Shown here piece by piece: positions 29,733-38,710 of a stretch of 59,905 nucleotides of DNA (position 1 is its first letter; every line of letters begins with the position of its first letter). Source of the stretch: a virus (Duplodnaviria; Caudoviricetes); IMG/VR virus record IMGVR_UViG_3300020152_000026, positions 1-59,905 of that record; one strand, given 5' to 3'. The notes under the pieces are model-generated. The model saw nothing but the letters and a program-made list of their open reading frames with translations, had not been told where the DNA came from and did not search any database. A program made the translations under genes and the position numbers.

Positions 29733-30251
29733 GTGATTTTTATTATTAATCCTGAGAACTGGGAAGAAAGAATATGTATAGAGTGCGGCAAAAGCTTTAT
29801 GGTTAGAAAATGCTATACAAAAAGAGGGCAAGGAAAATATTGTTCTGTTTCGTGTCAAAGAACATATATTAACAAAACAAATAATCCTGCATGGCGTGAA
29901 GAAGTTAGAAAAAAGATAAGCAAAAATCACGCAGATGTATCAGGTAAAAATAATCCAATGTATGGACGCATTGGGGAAGAAGCACCTACTTATATAGATG
30001 GAAGGAGTAAGTATAAAGGAAGAACTTACAGGAAAATAGCCTTAGCAAATAACAAAGAAAGAAAATGCAAATGTTGTGGAGAAACAAATTTAAAAAAGTT
30101 ACATGTACATCATAAAGATGGTAATCGCTCAAACAATGAGTTAGATAACCTTCTTTTTTTATGTTCAAAATGCCACCAAACGAAAGCACATATATACATG
30201 CGAGACTTAAAAGGACGATTTGTAACGTCAGTTTTAAATAAAGCAATATGA
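29733..30251 (+). CDS. HNH homing endonuclease with NUMOD-type DNA-binding segment
   Basis: CIECGK..YCSVSC, GKNNPMYG, CKCCG..LHVHHKDGNRSNNELDNLLFLCSKCH. Confidence 0.85.
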   Translation: MIFIINPENWEERICIECGKSFMVRKCYTKRGQGKYCSVSCQRTYINKTNNPAWREEVRKKISKNHADVSGKNNPMYGRIGEEAPTYIDGRSKYKGRTYRKIALANNKERKCKCCGETNLKKLHVHHKDGNRSNNELDNLLFLCSKCHQTKAHIYMRDLKGRFVTSVLNKAI

Positions 30252-30266
30252 AGGGAATGATACTTT

Positions 30267-30977
30267 ATGCCTATACAAAATGGAATTGCACAAGACAATA
30301 ATATATTTGGAACACCTTTTAAAGTTGATTTAATCCCAGTATCAAATAAAACCGCAAGACCACAAATAAAAATGACACCTAAATATGTTACCGTACATAA
30401 CACAGGCAATCGTGCCAAAGGTGCTACTGCTGAAAATAATTCGGAGTATGTTGATAATAATACAGGTTATGTTTCGTGGCACTTTACCGTTGATGATAAG
30501 CAGATCATACAAGAATTGCCTATCAATGAAACAGCGTGGCACGCAGGAGACGGCAGAGGACAAGGCAATATGACAACTATCGGTGTTGAAATATGCGAAT
30601 ATGAAGGTATTAACTGGGCGAAAGCGAAAGAGAATTTCTTTAAGTTAGCTATGTTCCTAAAAGCGAATGTACCTTCTCTTAACAGAGATTTTCTTGTACC
30701 GCATCAAAAATGGAGTGGTAAGTATTGCCCTCATCGAATACTAGATGAAGGTTGGAGTAAGTTTTTAATTGAATACCATACATACGAAACTAGACCAATC
30801 ATAAAAGAACCTACAGAAGAAGAAAGAGTAAGCGCACTTTCGAGAGAATTAGCAGCACATAAGATTTATAACGATGTAGATTACTGGACAAATGTATTTC
30901 TAGGGAAAGAGCCAGCTAATCCAACATTCTTACGGATGGCTTTTTCAAATGTACTCGATAGAATAAAAGGGATTTAA
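30267..30977 (+). CDS. endolysin, N-acetylmuramoyl-L-alanine amidase (Amidase_2, XlyA-like)
   Basis: YVTVHNTGN, VSWHFTVDD, AWHAGDG..GN..IGVEIC, PHQKWSGKYCP. Confidence 0.92.
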   Translation: MPIQNGIAQDNNIFGTPFKVDLIPVSNKTARPQIKMTPKYVTVHNTGNRAKGATAENNSEYVDNNTGYVSWHFTVDDKQIIQELPINETAWHAGDGRGQGNMTTIGVEICEYEGINWAKAKENFFKLAMFLKANVPSLNRDFLVPHQKWSGKYCPHRILDEGWSKFLIEYHTYETRPIIKEPTEEERVSALSRELAAHKIYNDVDYWTNVFLGKEPANPTFLRMAFSNVLDRIKGI

Positions 30978-30983
30978 TAGACA

Positions 30984-31018
30984 AAGCCGGATTTATAACT
31001 TATAGGTTATATCCGGCT
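30984..31018. terminator. bidirectional terminator between the late operon and the minus-strand module
   Basis: AGCCGGAT..ATAAC-TTATAG-GTTAT-ATCCGGCT between convergent genes. Confidence 0.7.
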
Positions 31019-31371
31019 TATTTTTTGTTGAAAGGATAAAATAGATACTTGCATTTTGCAGGAGTAAAATTATCTGCAAGTAAATGAAGTGTGAATCCCC
31101 AGCCTACTCCAAGACCAAATTGAAAGTTAATAATACAGGCTAAACTTGTAAAAATTAGAGCTGCTAACATACTGTGAATGTGTTTCCTGTGTTTGAAGAA
31201 TATCCATAACGGACATATAAATGATGCAGGACTTCCGAATATGTCACTATCGGGTAATAAGCTTCCTGCCGCCAATCCTATCCAAAATGCTAGTTGTGGT
31301 AGTGGACGGAAAAATATTATCACTAAAATTGTTGCTATCAACATGTGTTGTTTTCCGCTGAAATCGTCCAA
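31018..31371 (-). CDS. YdjM-like membrane metal-dependent hydrolase
   Basis: GKQH, GSLLPDSD, HRKHIHS, HLLADNFTP..LFYPF. Confidence 0.8.
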   Translation of the reverse strand: MDDFSGKQHMLIATILVIIFFRPLPQLAFWIGLAAGSLLPDSDIFGSPASFICPLWIFFKHRKHIHSMLAALIFTSLACIINFQFGLGVGWGFTLHLLADNFTPAKCKYLFYPFNKK

Positions 31372-31420
31372 CTCCCTTCGTTTTTTCTTTAGTATTTTAT
31401 TTGTGTCGATATAATATGTA

Positions 31421-31744
31421 CTATGACCAAGGCGTTAGTTTATCCATCCATTCAGCGAATCCTTGAATACCATTGCTTATCTTTGTAACTGTACTGATAA
31501 AAGGGGTTACCCCTTGATAAGAAAGCTTTAGTAATTTAACCATTGATACACCAGCAATGCTCCAACCTACAAAGTTAACCATATCTGAAGCATCACGATT
31601 TATTGTTTGTGTTATTCTTTTAGCTATGAAGGTTATTCCTCTGATTGTAATGATTGCGGTTACTAGTTGTGTTGTTTGCTTTGGGTCGGCTCCAAGTGCT
31701 AATATGATTACTGTACCGCAGCCTACTACTGTTATTGTTAGCAT
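31421..31744 (-). CDS. small membrane protein
   Basis: 2-3 hydrophobic helices; RBS GGCGGTG. Confidence 0.65.
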   Translation of the reverse strand: MLTITVVGCGTVIILALGADPKQTTQLVTAIITIRGITFIAKRITQTINRDASDMVNFVGWSIAGVSMVKLLKLSYQGVTPFISTVTKISNGIQGFAEWMDKLTPWS

Positions 31745-31756
31745 ATGACCACCGCC

Positions 31757-31948
31757 TTAAAAGCTACTTAGAGCTTTGATAACCTGTGCGAATATAGTTA
31801 AACATGTTACAGCCAAACCCGATTTTGTCGCAAGGTCGAGGTATTGTGCTTCAATTTGCTTACCTACTGAAGTAAATATACCCTGAGTGATTGCGCTCGC
31901 CACCGTTGCGGTTGCCATTCCAATTACTACTACTGTACCACCTGACAT
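31757..31948 (-). CDS. small two-helix membrane protein, SpoIIIAC-like
   Basis: TM-(GK..EA)-TM pattern: VASAITQGIFTSVGKQIEAQYLDLATKSGL resembles SpoIIIAC; RBS AGGAGG. Confidence 0.55.
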   Translation of the reverse strand: MSGGTVVVIGMATATVASAITQGIFTSVGKQIEAQYLDLATKSGLAVTCLTIFAQVIKALSSF

Positions 31949-32036
31949 AAATACAACCTCCTAAATTTTAATTAATATTTTTATTTTATATTGGTTATAC
32001 TAAGGTTAAGGCAGGAGAGCAGAAGCCCTCCGAACC

Positions 32037-32285
32037 TCATTTTGCCTTTCGGCTTTTGAACTCAACTACATTGTGCTGTGACGGTGTAGTTGGGTTCGCT
32101 GCTTTTTGTGCTTTAATAATACGGTCTAATCTCCTGTGAATTTTGTTAGATACTATCCATGTAACTTTGCCTGTTATGCTTTTTCTTCCGTGCTTTCCTC
32201 TATGCGGCATAAAGAACCTTATAGCCTTATAGATAACGATAGCAAATAAATACATTTCAGCTAGGTTAATAATAAATTTAATCAT
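32037..32285 (-). CDS. membrane-anchored basic protein
   Basis: N-terminal TM, K/R-rich tail ending NVVEFK; RBS AAGGAG. Confidence 0.6.
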   Translation of the reverse strand: MIKFIINLAEMYLFAIVIYKAIRFFMPHRGKHGRKSITGKVTWIVSNKIHRRLDRIIKAQKAANPTTPSQHNVVEFKSRKAK

Positions 32286-32733
32286 GTGTAAATCGCTCCT
32301 TTTTCTTATAGTTTTTATATGAACAGGTCACCAATTAAAACAAAAAGATAAACCGATTACCGTACCGACCAACACACCAATACCATATCAATTCAAGTCC
32401 GTACATTATCAGTTGCTACAAAATCACAATCGTTACATAGGAAAATGATTTAACATTGACCCTCTGATTAGTTGTGGAGTTGTTGCAAAAGACATATACA
32501 AAAATGAATTAATACAATATCAATGCATCAATTAGTGCATTAATCAATTTATCTTTTGTAATTTCGGCTTTCTGTTATATATGTAATTGGGTATGTAATA
32601 GAATAATTTATTTTATAATTGCATTATGTTTTTAGATTATACTGTCTAAAACATTGATATAAAAGTGTTTTAAAGTCAATTGATATTATCGAACGAATAA
32701 TATAATGAGTGAGAGAATATCCTGCTGCTGATT

Positions 32734-33327
32734 TCACAGCAGGACTTTTGAAAATGCTTCAAGCTTAGTATTAAGCAATATTACTTGTGTATGCTTCAGT
32801 TCAACTTTTGAATAGTTTTTATCAGTAACTAATACAATTCGAGGGAAATGGTCTTTGTTAAGATAGTTCTGTACCTCCCATGTTTCGTACAAGGTATCAT
32901 ACTTCTCTAAGTTATGGTTATGGTTAGATAACTGAATTTCAAAAAACAAGTGGTATCTTCTATTTTGGAATACGAATATTGCAAATGCATCGGACCGTAT
33001 TTCTCTATCACACCAATTCTTATCCATTTGGAATAATTCAATCTGACAATCATTACGGTACAGTTCAGCGAGTACGTCTAAGGTAATCATGCGGTGTAGG
33101 CTGGGAGGTTTTATCTTTTCATCATTCCATATATAGATATTCCTGTTTGTGGCTGAATCTCTTAACGCCTTAATATATCCGGCTTCTTTTAATCTTTCCA
33201 ATCTCTTTCTAGCAATGCCATAGCTTGATTGTTGATTCTTAAAAAATATCTTCTGTAACTGCTCTATAGTGGCATACTTATATTGTTCAAAATATCTGAT
33301 TATCTGTTTATCCCTATCAGTAATCAA
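32734..33327 (-). CDS. replication-relaxation (Replic_Relax) family protein
   Basis: MITDRDKQII wHTH, ARKRLERL, IRSDAF..FFEIQLS..EKY..FPRIV (PD-(D/E)xK-like). Confidence 0.8.
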   Translation of the reverse strand: MITDRDKQIIRYFEQYKYATIEQLQKIFFKNQQSSYGIARKRLERLKEAGYIKALRDSATNRNIYIWNDEKIKPPSLHRMITLDVLAELYRNDCQIELFQMDKNWCDREIRSDAFAIFVFQNRRYHLFFEIQLSNHNHNLEKYDTLYETWEVQNYLNKDHFPRIVLVTDKNYSKVELKHTQVILLNTKLEAFSKVLL

Positions 33328-34672
33328 TTAAATCGTCCTCCTTCTTAATATAACTTATAGGTTTTATATCTTCTATTTGGTTTCTTGTCTTAGATGTGTC
33401 TATCAATGGATAAGGTGAATTGTTATTTATTTGCCTTGTGTGAGGTTTTTGATGTATCTTACGTGTTTTCATATTGATGATTGTACTTTGTTCGTTCTGA
33501 CTTAATTCTGATTCAATATTAACCTTCTTATGCTGTCTATCTATGTGCGGTTTTAATAGTTCGTTTAGTCTTTCTGTTGAGAGGTTGGGACTGAATAAGT
33601 AATCTCTTTTGTCGCCACCATTGAGTGAATATATTGCGTACCTATCAGCTATTCCTACAGCTGAATTGTTACCCAATATCACTTCACTTGATATAGAATC
33701 ATTCGCCCTAAATGAGATTCTAACAGCACTCATATTTTTAACTATGCTAGGCAATTCATCTTTTACGGTTTTTTGTGTGCAGATAATAGCGAATATGCCT
33801 AAACTTCTGCCGATTTTTTCAACTCTTTTTATTACGTCAAGTATTTCTTCTTTCAGTTGTTTTTCTTCTTTGCCATCCGATTTATCCGGCATAAGTATAC
33901 TAAATTCATCTATAAGTATGTACATATATGACATTTTCATTTTAGGGTTTTGTTTGTTGTATTCTTCAATGTTAGTAGCAAGGCCTTTGTCACGATACCA
34001 GCCTATTGTTTTCTTTCTCTTTTCTATTTGCAGCTTGATATACTTCATCATTTTGCTGAGTTCTTCAAGTTCACTGGCATAACATTTAACATGCTTGACG
34101 TATTTGAAATTAATATATTCATCTTTGGCTATATCAGATATGTACAATTCAACTTCTTCAGGACTACATTTTAATATCCAACTTAAAAGTATCTGATAAA
34201 TGAACCTTGTTTTTCCGGCTCCTGTTGCTCCTGCAATCAAGAACATACAATTCTTATTATTGTTATTCTTGATAATGTTTAAAGCTAAGTCCAATCCTAA
34301 GTACATTTCGTGCGGTCTTATGCATGGGTTTTCGTATGGTGTTAACCTATCAAGTGATAATGTCACAATCTTTACCTCCCCATAATCTTTTAATTTCTCT
34401 GTTTTCATTACCCAAAGACAATTCAAACCTTCTTCAATTAAACAAACCTTTTTTTCTAATTCTGAAAAATAAACCCCAGGAACTAAATATACTTTTGCGA
34501 AAAACCCGTATGAAGTTTTATTAAGTACCTGTAAATAGTAAGTCTTATTGAATTTATTGTATAGATCAAGTTCAAACATGAGCCTATAGAATTTACTTTC
34601 CAGTTCTGTTATTTCTTTTTGTAGTTGAAGCTTTTCATTGCTCTGGCTTAATATTGATAACAATAGCACCAC
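33317..34672 (-). CDS. FtsK/SpoIIIE-family ATPase (DNA translocase / coupling-protein-like)
   Basis: LIAGATGAGKT Walker A, ILIDEFS Walker B, GRSLGIFAIICTQK, RISFRAND..SEVILG. Confidence 0.9.
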   Translation of the reverse strand: MVLLLSILSQSNEKLQLQKEITELESKFYRLMFELDLYNKFNKTYYLQVLNKTSYGFFAKVYLVPGVYFSELEKKVCLIEEGLNCLWVMKTEKLKDYGEVKIVTLSLDRLTPYENPCIRPHEMYLGLDLALNIIKNNNNKNCMFLIAGATGAGKTRFIYQILLSWILKCSPEEVELYISDIAKDEYINFKYVKHVKCYASELEELSKMMKYIKLQIEKRKKTIGWYRDKGLATNIEEYNKQNPKMKMSYMYILIDEFSILMPDKSDGKEEKQLKEEILDVIKRVEKIGRSLGIFAIICTQKTVKDELPSIVKNMSAVRISFRANDSISSEVILGNNSAVGIADRYAIYSLNGGDKRDYLFSPNLSTERLNELLKPHIDRQHKKVNIESELSQNEQSTIINMKTRKIHQKPHTRQINNNSPYPLIDTSKTRNQIEDIKPISYIKKEDDLIDY

Positions 34673-34676
34673 CCTC

Positions 34677-34871
34677 TTAAAACAATTTTGATTTAGTTCT
34701 TTTGTTAAGAGATTCTTTTTGTCTGTTTAGATTTATCATAAGTGGTGTCAAATCATTTTTATTACTTCCTTTGAAATTCTTCATCTTGTGAACGAATAAA
34801 ATAGATGCTGGCAATCCTATGCCTCCTACAAACCATTCAAGATGATTCCATACAAAGTTTACAATCTCCAT
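34677..34871 (-). CDS. small membrane protein
   Basis: One TM helix and a basic tail; RBS GGAGG. Confidence 0.6.
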   Translation of the reverse strand: MEIVNFVWNHLEWFVGGIGLPASILFVHKMKNFKGSNKNDLTPLMINLNRQKESLNKRTKSKLF

Positions 34872-34880
34872 ATGTACCTC

Positions 34881-35036
34881 CTATCTAAGTTTTACATGAT
34901 TAATTTTAGTCATTCCTTTAATGTGGTCGTTTCCACTGTTGAAAGTTACTAATTCATTCCGAGTGTCATAATAAAATTCAACTCCGGCATTAGTAAGATT
35001 TGTTAGAACTATTTTTGCAAATTCATTATTAGTCAT
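34881..35036 (-). CDS. small hypothetical protein, first gene of the FtsK operon
   Basis: ATG at 35036 after AAGGAGG (MTNNEFAKIV...). Confidence 0.55.
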   Translation of the reverse strand: MTNNEFAKIVLTNLTNAGVEFYYDTRNELVTFNSGNDHIKGMTKINHVKLR

Positions 35037-35145
35037 ATGAAAACCTCCTTTTTTATTGTCTATGGTATATGATATTAAGTAGTTGCATATATGTTGCGTG
35101 TCCAAATAAAAAAAAATTACAAAAAAATAAAAGGCTTTTCAGCCT

Positions 35146-35667
35146 TCATTTATTCTGATCTATATTTGCAAAAAATAACTTTAAACTTTCATTTACAATA
35201 TCACTCTTATCTATATTAAATTTCTTTGATAATCTATCTATTTTTTTTATTAAATCATTTTCTATGTAATATGCCCTTTGTTTCCGTTCTTCCAAGTATT
35301 TAAGCCTTTTTTGTATGGTAATTTCATTAGTATTTAGATTAGTACTAAGTATAGTTTCAACTTTAGTAATCTTATTAGTTTCAATACTGCTATTTTTATT
35401 ACTATCCGTATTAGTATTGTTATTGCTATTCATGTTACTATTATTAGTAGTATCTGTATCAGTACTGTTACTAGTATCTGTATCAATTTTTCTACTGCTT
35501 GTCCTATTGTTATCTGTATTAATTTCCGTATTATCATTTATACTAGTTGGTGTATTAGTGTTTGTCCTATCTTCTGTACTAGTATCTTTAGTAGTAATAA
35601 AAAATTGGTCTGCTGCGCTGTCTACTTGTTTTAATCCTCTATCTGCCAAACTAACACGCTTTGCCAT
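35146..35667 (-). CDS. ParA partner (type Ib ParB-like, C-terminal ribbon-helix-helix)
   Basis: Overlaps the parA end; long T/N/S disordered linker; QRAYYIENDLIKKIDRLS..DKSDIVNESLKLFF. Confidence 0.7.
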   Translation of the reverse strand: MAKRVSLADRGLKQVDSAADQFFITTKDTSTEDRTNTNTPTSINDNTEINTDNNRTSSRKIDTDTSNSTDTDTTNNSNMNSNNNTNTDSNKNSSIETNKITKVETILSTNLNTNEITIQKRLKYLEERKQRAYYIENDLIKKIDRLSKKFNIDKSDIVNESLKLFFANIDQNK

Positions 35668-36394
35668 AGTTAATAACCTCCTGCGCTAACTGATTATAGT
35701 ATTCTGCTATTTCCTTATCAAACTCATTCATTCCTACACCAGCAAGAATACAATCGGAAAACTTAATACTGCGTTTTATAATTGTGCTAAACACTTTATG
35801 ATTAGAGCGAAGTTCTTCTAATATCTCCTTATGATGTATTGTGTTCTGGTACATTGTAGGAAGGACACCCATGATTTCTATTTTAGGATTTAACCTCGAT
35901 ACTTTTTTAATAGTGTTCTGAAGCAAATTATAACCCCTTAAAGCCAAGTATTCGCATGCCATAGGTATGATAACATAGTCAGATGCTACAAATGCATTTA
36001 CGGACAATAAACCAAGCGAAGGAGGGCAGTCTATTAATACATAATCATATTCGTTTTTGATTGGTTCAAGTGCATCTTTTAGTTTTGATTCCCTGCCGAT
36101 CTCTGATACTAATTCTAATTCTGCTGCTGCAAGGTCTATATTTGATGGTAGAAAGAAAAACTTATCTCTATCGGCAAGGATAGCTGTTTTTATATTTTCT
36201 TCCTTCAGGACATTATAAATTGTTTTGTTAAGTGTATGCGGTTCCAGTTGAATTGATATTGTCAAGCTTGCTTGTGGGTCCAAGTCAATAAATAATACTT
36301 TGTACCCCTGTTCAATTAGTGCCATACCAAGATTGAGCGTTGTAGTAGTTTTACCTACACCGCCCTTTTGATTGGCAACGCTAATGATTTTCAT
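35651..36394 (-). CDS. parA: ParA/Soj partition ATPase
   Basis: NQKGGVGKTTT, IDLDPQASLT, DYVLIDCPPSLG. Confidence 0.93.
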   Translation of the reverse strand: MKIISVANQKGGVGKTTTTLNLGMALIEQGYKVLFIDLDPQASLTISIQLEPHTLNKTIYNVLKEENIKTAILADRDKFFFLPSNIDLAAAELELVSEIGRESKLKDALEPIKNEYDYVLIDCPPSLGLLSVNAFVASDYVIIPMACEYLALRGYNLLQNTIKKVSRLNPKIEIMGVLPTMYQNTIHHKEILEELRSNHKVFSTIIKRSIKFSDCILAGVGMNEFDKEIAEYYNQLAQEVINYGKAC

Positions 36395-36410
36395 TTGTAC
36401 ATTTCCCCCT

Positions 36411-37271
36411 TTAATATGGATTAGTTATGTTATGACTTTGATATTCTGCTATTGAGTTATATATAACAACTGCCAAATAGTTAACGCTATTTGTAACCTT
36501 TTCAGCATGATTGTTCTTCAGTTTATCTATTGCATAGGTTATTATGCTAGAATTAAGCCTTTTTAAATTCTTTCTCACAATAGACTGTGGGATCTCTATG
36601 TCTTTACACTTAAACGTATTACTAAAATATAATTGTTCTATTGCCATTTCAATACTTTCCATAAACTCCGGCTTAAATACTTCTAATTCACAATTGGTTA
36701 TGATTTCTTCAAGTTCAGTCTGTCCTTCTGTATTACTGATTGATTGATTAGTAGAATCAGTATTAGTATAATCATTTATTAGTAGGCTGTCATTTCCTTC
36801 ATGTAGATTACCTACTTGTAGGTTTTGGGAACGTAGGTCAATCCCTTTAGTATCAACTACTTGCCTGTTTTGGGAATGTAGGTTTTTATAAATTATTTCT
36901 TCACTTATAATCTCGCCATCATCAGTGCATCTAATTTTAATACATTGGATAATTTTATCGTTAGGATATGGTTCTTCACTCAATACACTTTCCCAATAAT
37001 CAACTTTACCATTTACATATATCGGATAACGTTGTAAATACTTTTTATCTTTTAGTTCATTAAGACCACTTCTGACAGACTTTTCACCATCAACAGAGTT
37101 ATTAACAAGGTCACATATTAAAATAGACCAATCGTCAGGCTTTGAAAGTATGTATGCTGCTATTCCTCTAGCTTTATATGATAATGACGAATCATTTAAT
37201 AATCGTTTATAAATTTGTGCGTATGGGTTCTCACGGTTTCGTTCTTTGCGGATAATATTTTTTTGTGCCAT
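36411..37271 (-). CDS. replication initiator (wHTH), likely for the plasmid state
   Basis: ENPYAQI..LSYKARGIAAYILSKPDDW..DGEKSVRSGLNELK..YL; C-terminal NYLAVVIYN; ATG 37271 after AGGGGTG; adjacent to parA. Confidence 0.75.
   Translation of the reverse strand: MAQKNIIRKERNRENPYAQIYKRLLNDSSLSYKARGIAAYILSKPDDWSILICDLVNNSVDGEKSVRSGLNELKDKKYLQRYPIYVNGKVDYWESVLSEEPYPNDKIIQCIKIRCTDDGEIISEEIIYKNLHSQNRQVVDTKGIDLRSQNLQVGNLHEGNDSLLINDYTNTDSTNQSISNTEGQTELEEIITNCELEVFKPEFMESIEMAIEQLYFSNTFKCKDIEIPQSIVRKNLKRLNSSIITYAIDKLKNNHAEKVTNSVNYLAVVIYNSIAEYQSHNITNPY
36812..36883. repeat. iteron-like 27-bp direct repeats inside rep (putative origin)
   Basis: ctacttgtaggttttgggaacgtaggt (36812) and ctacttgcctgttttgggaatgtaggt (36857). 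Confidence 0.65.
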
Positions 37272-37499
37272 TAAAAAAACACCCCTTTGCAGTTTCCCAA
37301 AAACAAACTTGCAAAAGAGTGTAATGTTCAAAATTTTCCTATTGCAAAATAGGTATACTTATTGTATAATAAGCATAAATTGAATATTACAAAGCACTTT
37401 GTGTTTTGTTTTTGGAGCTTTAAGGAACGAAAATCTTGGCGGGTTGACGTTCCTTTTTGCTTGTCTAAAATTATATACTATATATAATAAAAATTCAAT

Positions 37500-37688
37500 T
37501 TATTTTTCATAGTCCTTAAAATATTTCTTGTACTTTGCGAATAATAGTAACAAGGCTTCGTCTAATAGTTCAGACTGTTTTATTTTAGATTTTTTTGAAA
37601 GATACTCTAGTTTTTCTTTTAATTCAATTTTAACCGCATTTGATATAGGTTTCCTGTACACTAATCCTTTATTTCCTGTTTCAGCCAT
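37500..37688 (-). CDS. ribbon-helix-helix DNA-binding protein
   Basis: GLVYRKPISNAVKIELKEKLEYLSKKSKIKQSELLDEAL. Confidence 0.75.
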   Translation of the reverse strand: MAETGNKGLVYRKPISNAVKIELKEKLEYLSKKSKIKQSELLDEALLLLFAKYKKYFKDYEK

Positions 37689-37825
37689 AACTACATCTGC
37701 CCCTTCTAAGTTGTTTTATGAACATTATAGCATTGAGGTAGCATTAATGTAATTCCTTGCAGTTCCTAGCAGTTCCATGCACCTATTGATGTATATGCAA
37801 TTGCAAGCAAATATATGATTAAAAC

Positions 37826-37865
37826 AAACATATGTTTTCGACTTATTATGTCGAATTATGTCGAA
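37826..37865. promoter_or_regulatory. tandem Spo0A boxes plus a LexA-like box
   Basis: TGTCGAA at 37849 and 37859, inverted near-match TTCGACT at 37837, AAAC-ATAT-GTTT at 37826. Confidence 0.6.
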
Positions 37866-38066
37866 GCTTGTAATTATTTTTGGATTGAATATATATAAAG
37901 TTGGTGATAAAATAAAACATGTCTTGAAAATGATTGATGACGAAGGGGGTGGTTTTATGTTTTGTGCATAAAAAAAGAGGGTAAACAATACCCCCGAAAA
38001 TAGTATAAATTACCTATTAAAAAATCAATTAATATAGTACCATACTACCAGGAAAAAATATAGATA

Positions 38067-38078
38067 GAACATTTGTTT
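38067..38078. promoter_or_regulatory. Firmicute SOS (LexA) box
   Basis: GAAC-ATTT-GTTT matches GAAC-N4-GTTY, just upstream of an RBS and small ORF. Confidence 0.55.
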
Positions 38079-38099
38079 GTATGGTATTGAAGGAGGAAC

Positions 38100-38189
38100 A
38101 TGATTATCGTAGTATTGGATTCAGATGACATTCAGAGTATTGACATAACTAATCATACAGATAAAGAAAATTCGGATAATGATAAATAA
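38100..38189 (+). CDS. 29-aa acidic peptide
   Basis: AGGAGG RBS; MIIVVLDSDDIQSIDITNHTDKENSDNDK. Confidence 0.5.
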   Translation: MIIVVLDSDDIQSIDITNHTDKENSDNDK

Positions 38190-38215
38190 TACAATAAAAA
38201 GGCTTCAACTTTTAA

Positions 38216-38638
38216 TTAGTTGGAGCCTTTTATTTCTTTCTCTTTTTTTACTTTTTCTCTTATACTTTTAGCAATTAGAAGTATTTCATCATCGGATAAA
38301 TCTTTCTCATCTAGCATCTTAGCAAATATAATATACGGTTTGTTCTCCTGATCTTTTATCCAGTCTATTTCTTCTTTATTTAAATTCTGCATTACTTCGT
38401 TTATATCTTCAATGTTTTCTTGATAGCTATCTGACGTTAAAAATGTTATTGGAACGTCTAGTGCTTTTGCGAATATATCAGCATTTTTGTTTGTTAATTT
38501 TTTTGTTCCAGATTCTATTTTCTTAATCAGGCTTACACTTAGATTAATCTTTTCTGCCAATTCTTCAACTGACATTCTTAATTCTTTTCTTCTTAATTGA
38601 ATTTTCTGCCCTTCACTTACATTTAACATTTTAAACAA
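38216..38638 (-). CDS. XRE-family HTH repressor (CI-like, no peptidase domain)
   Basis: GQKIQLRRKELRMSVEELAEKINLSVSLIKKIESG; divergent from the cro-like gene. Confidence 0.85.
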   Translation of the reverse strand: MFKMLNVSEGQKIQLRRKELRMSVEELAEKINLSVSLIKKIESGTKKLTNKNADIFAKALDVPITFLTSDSYQENIEDINEVMQNLNKEEIDWIKDQENKPYIIFAKMLDEKDLSDDEILLIAKSIREKVKKEKEIKGSN

Positions 38639-38710
38639 CTCCTTGCATTATATAACAATAAATTACATGCTTTAATAAACATAACGATTAATAGTATAAC
38701 ATAAGATTCA

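Noticed and set aside
31018-34672. Classical conjugative T4SS or type VII secretion locus
   Set aside because: No VirB4, VirB6, MOB relaxase or WXG100 substrate recognisable; single FtsK domain only
35315-35689. Hydrophobic plus-strand ORF (124 aa)
   Set aside because: Antisense shadow of the T/N/S low-complexity linker in the ParA partner gene
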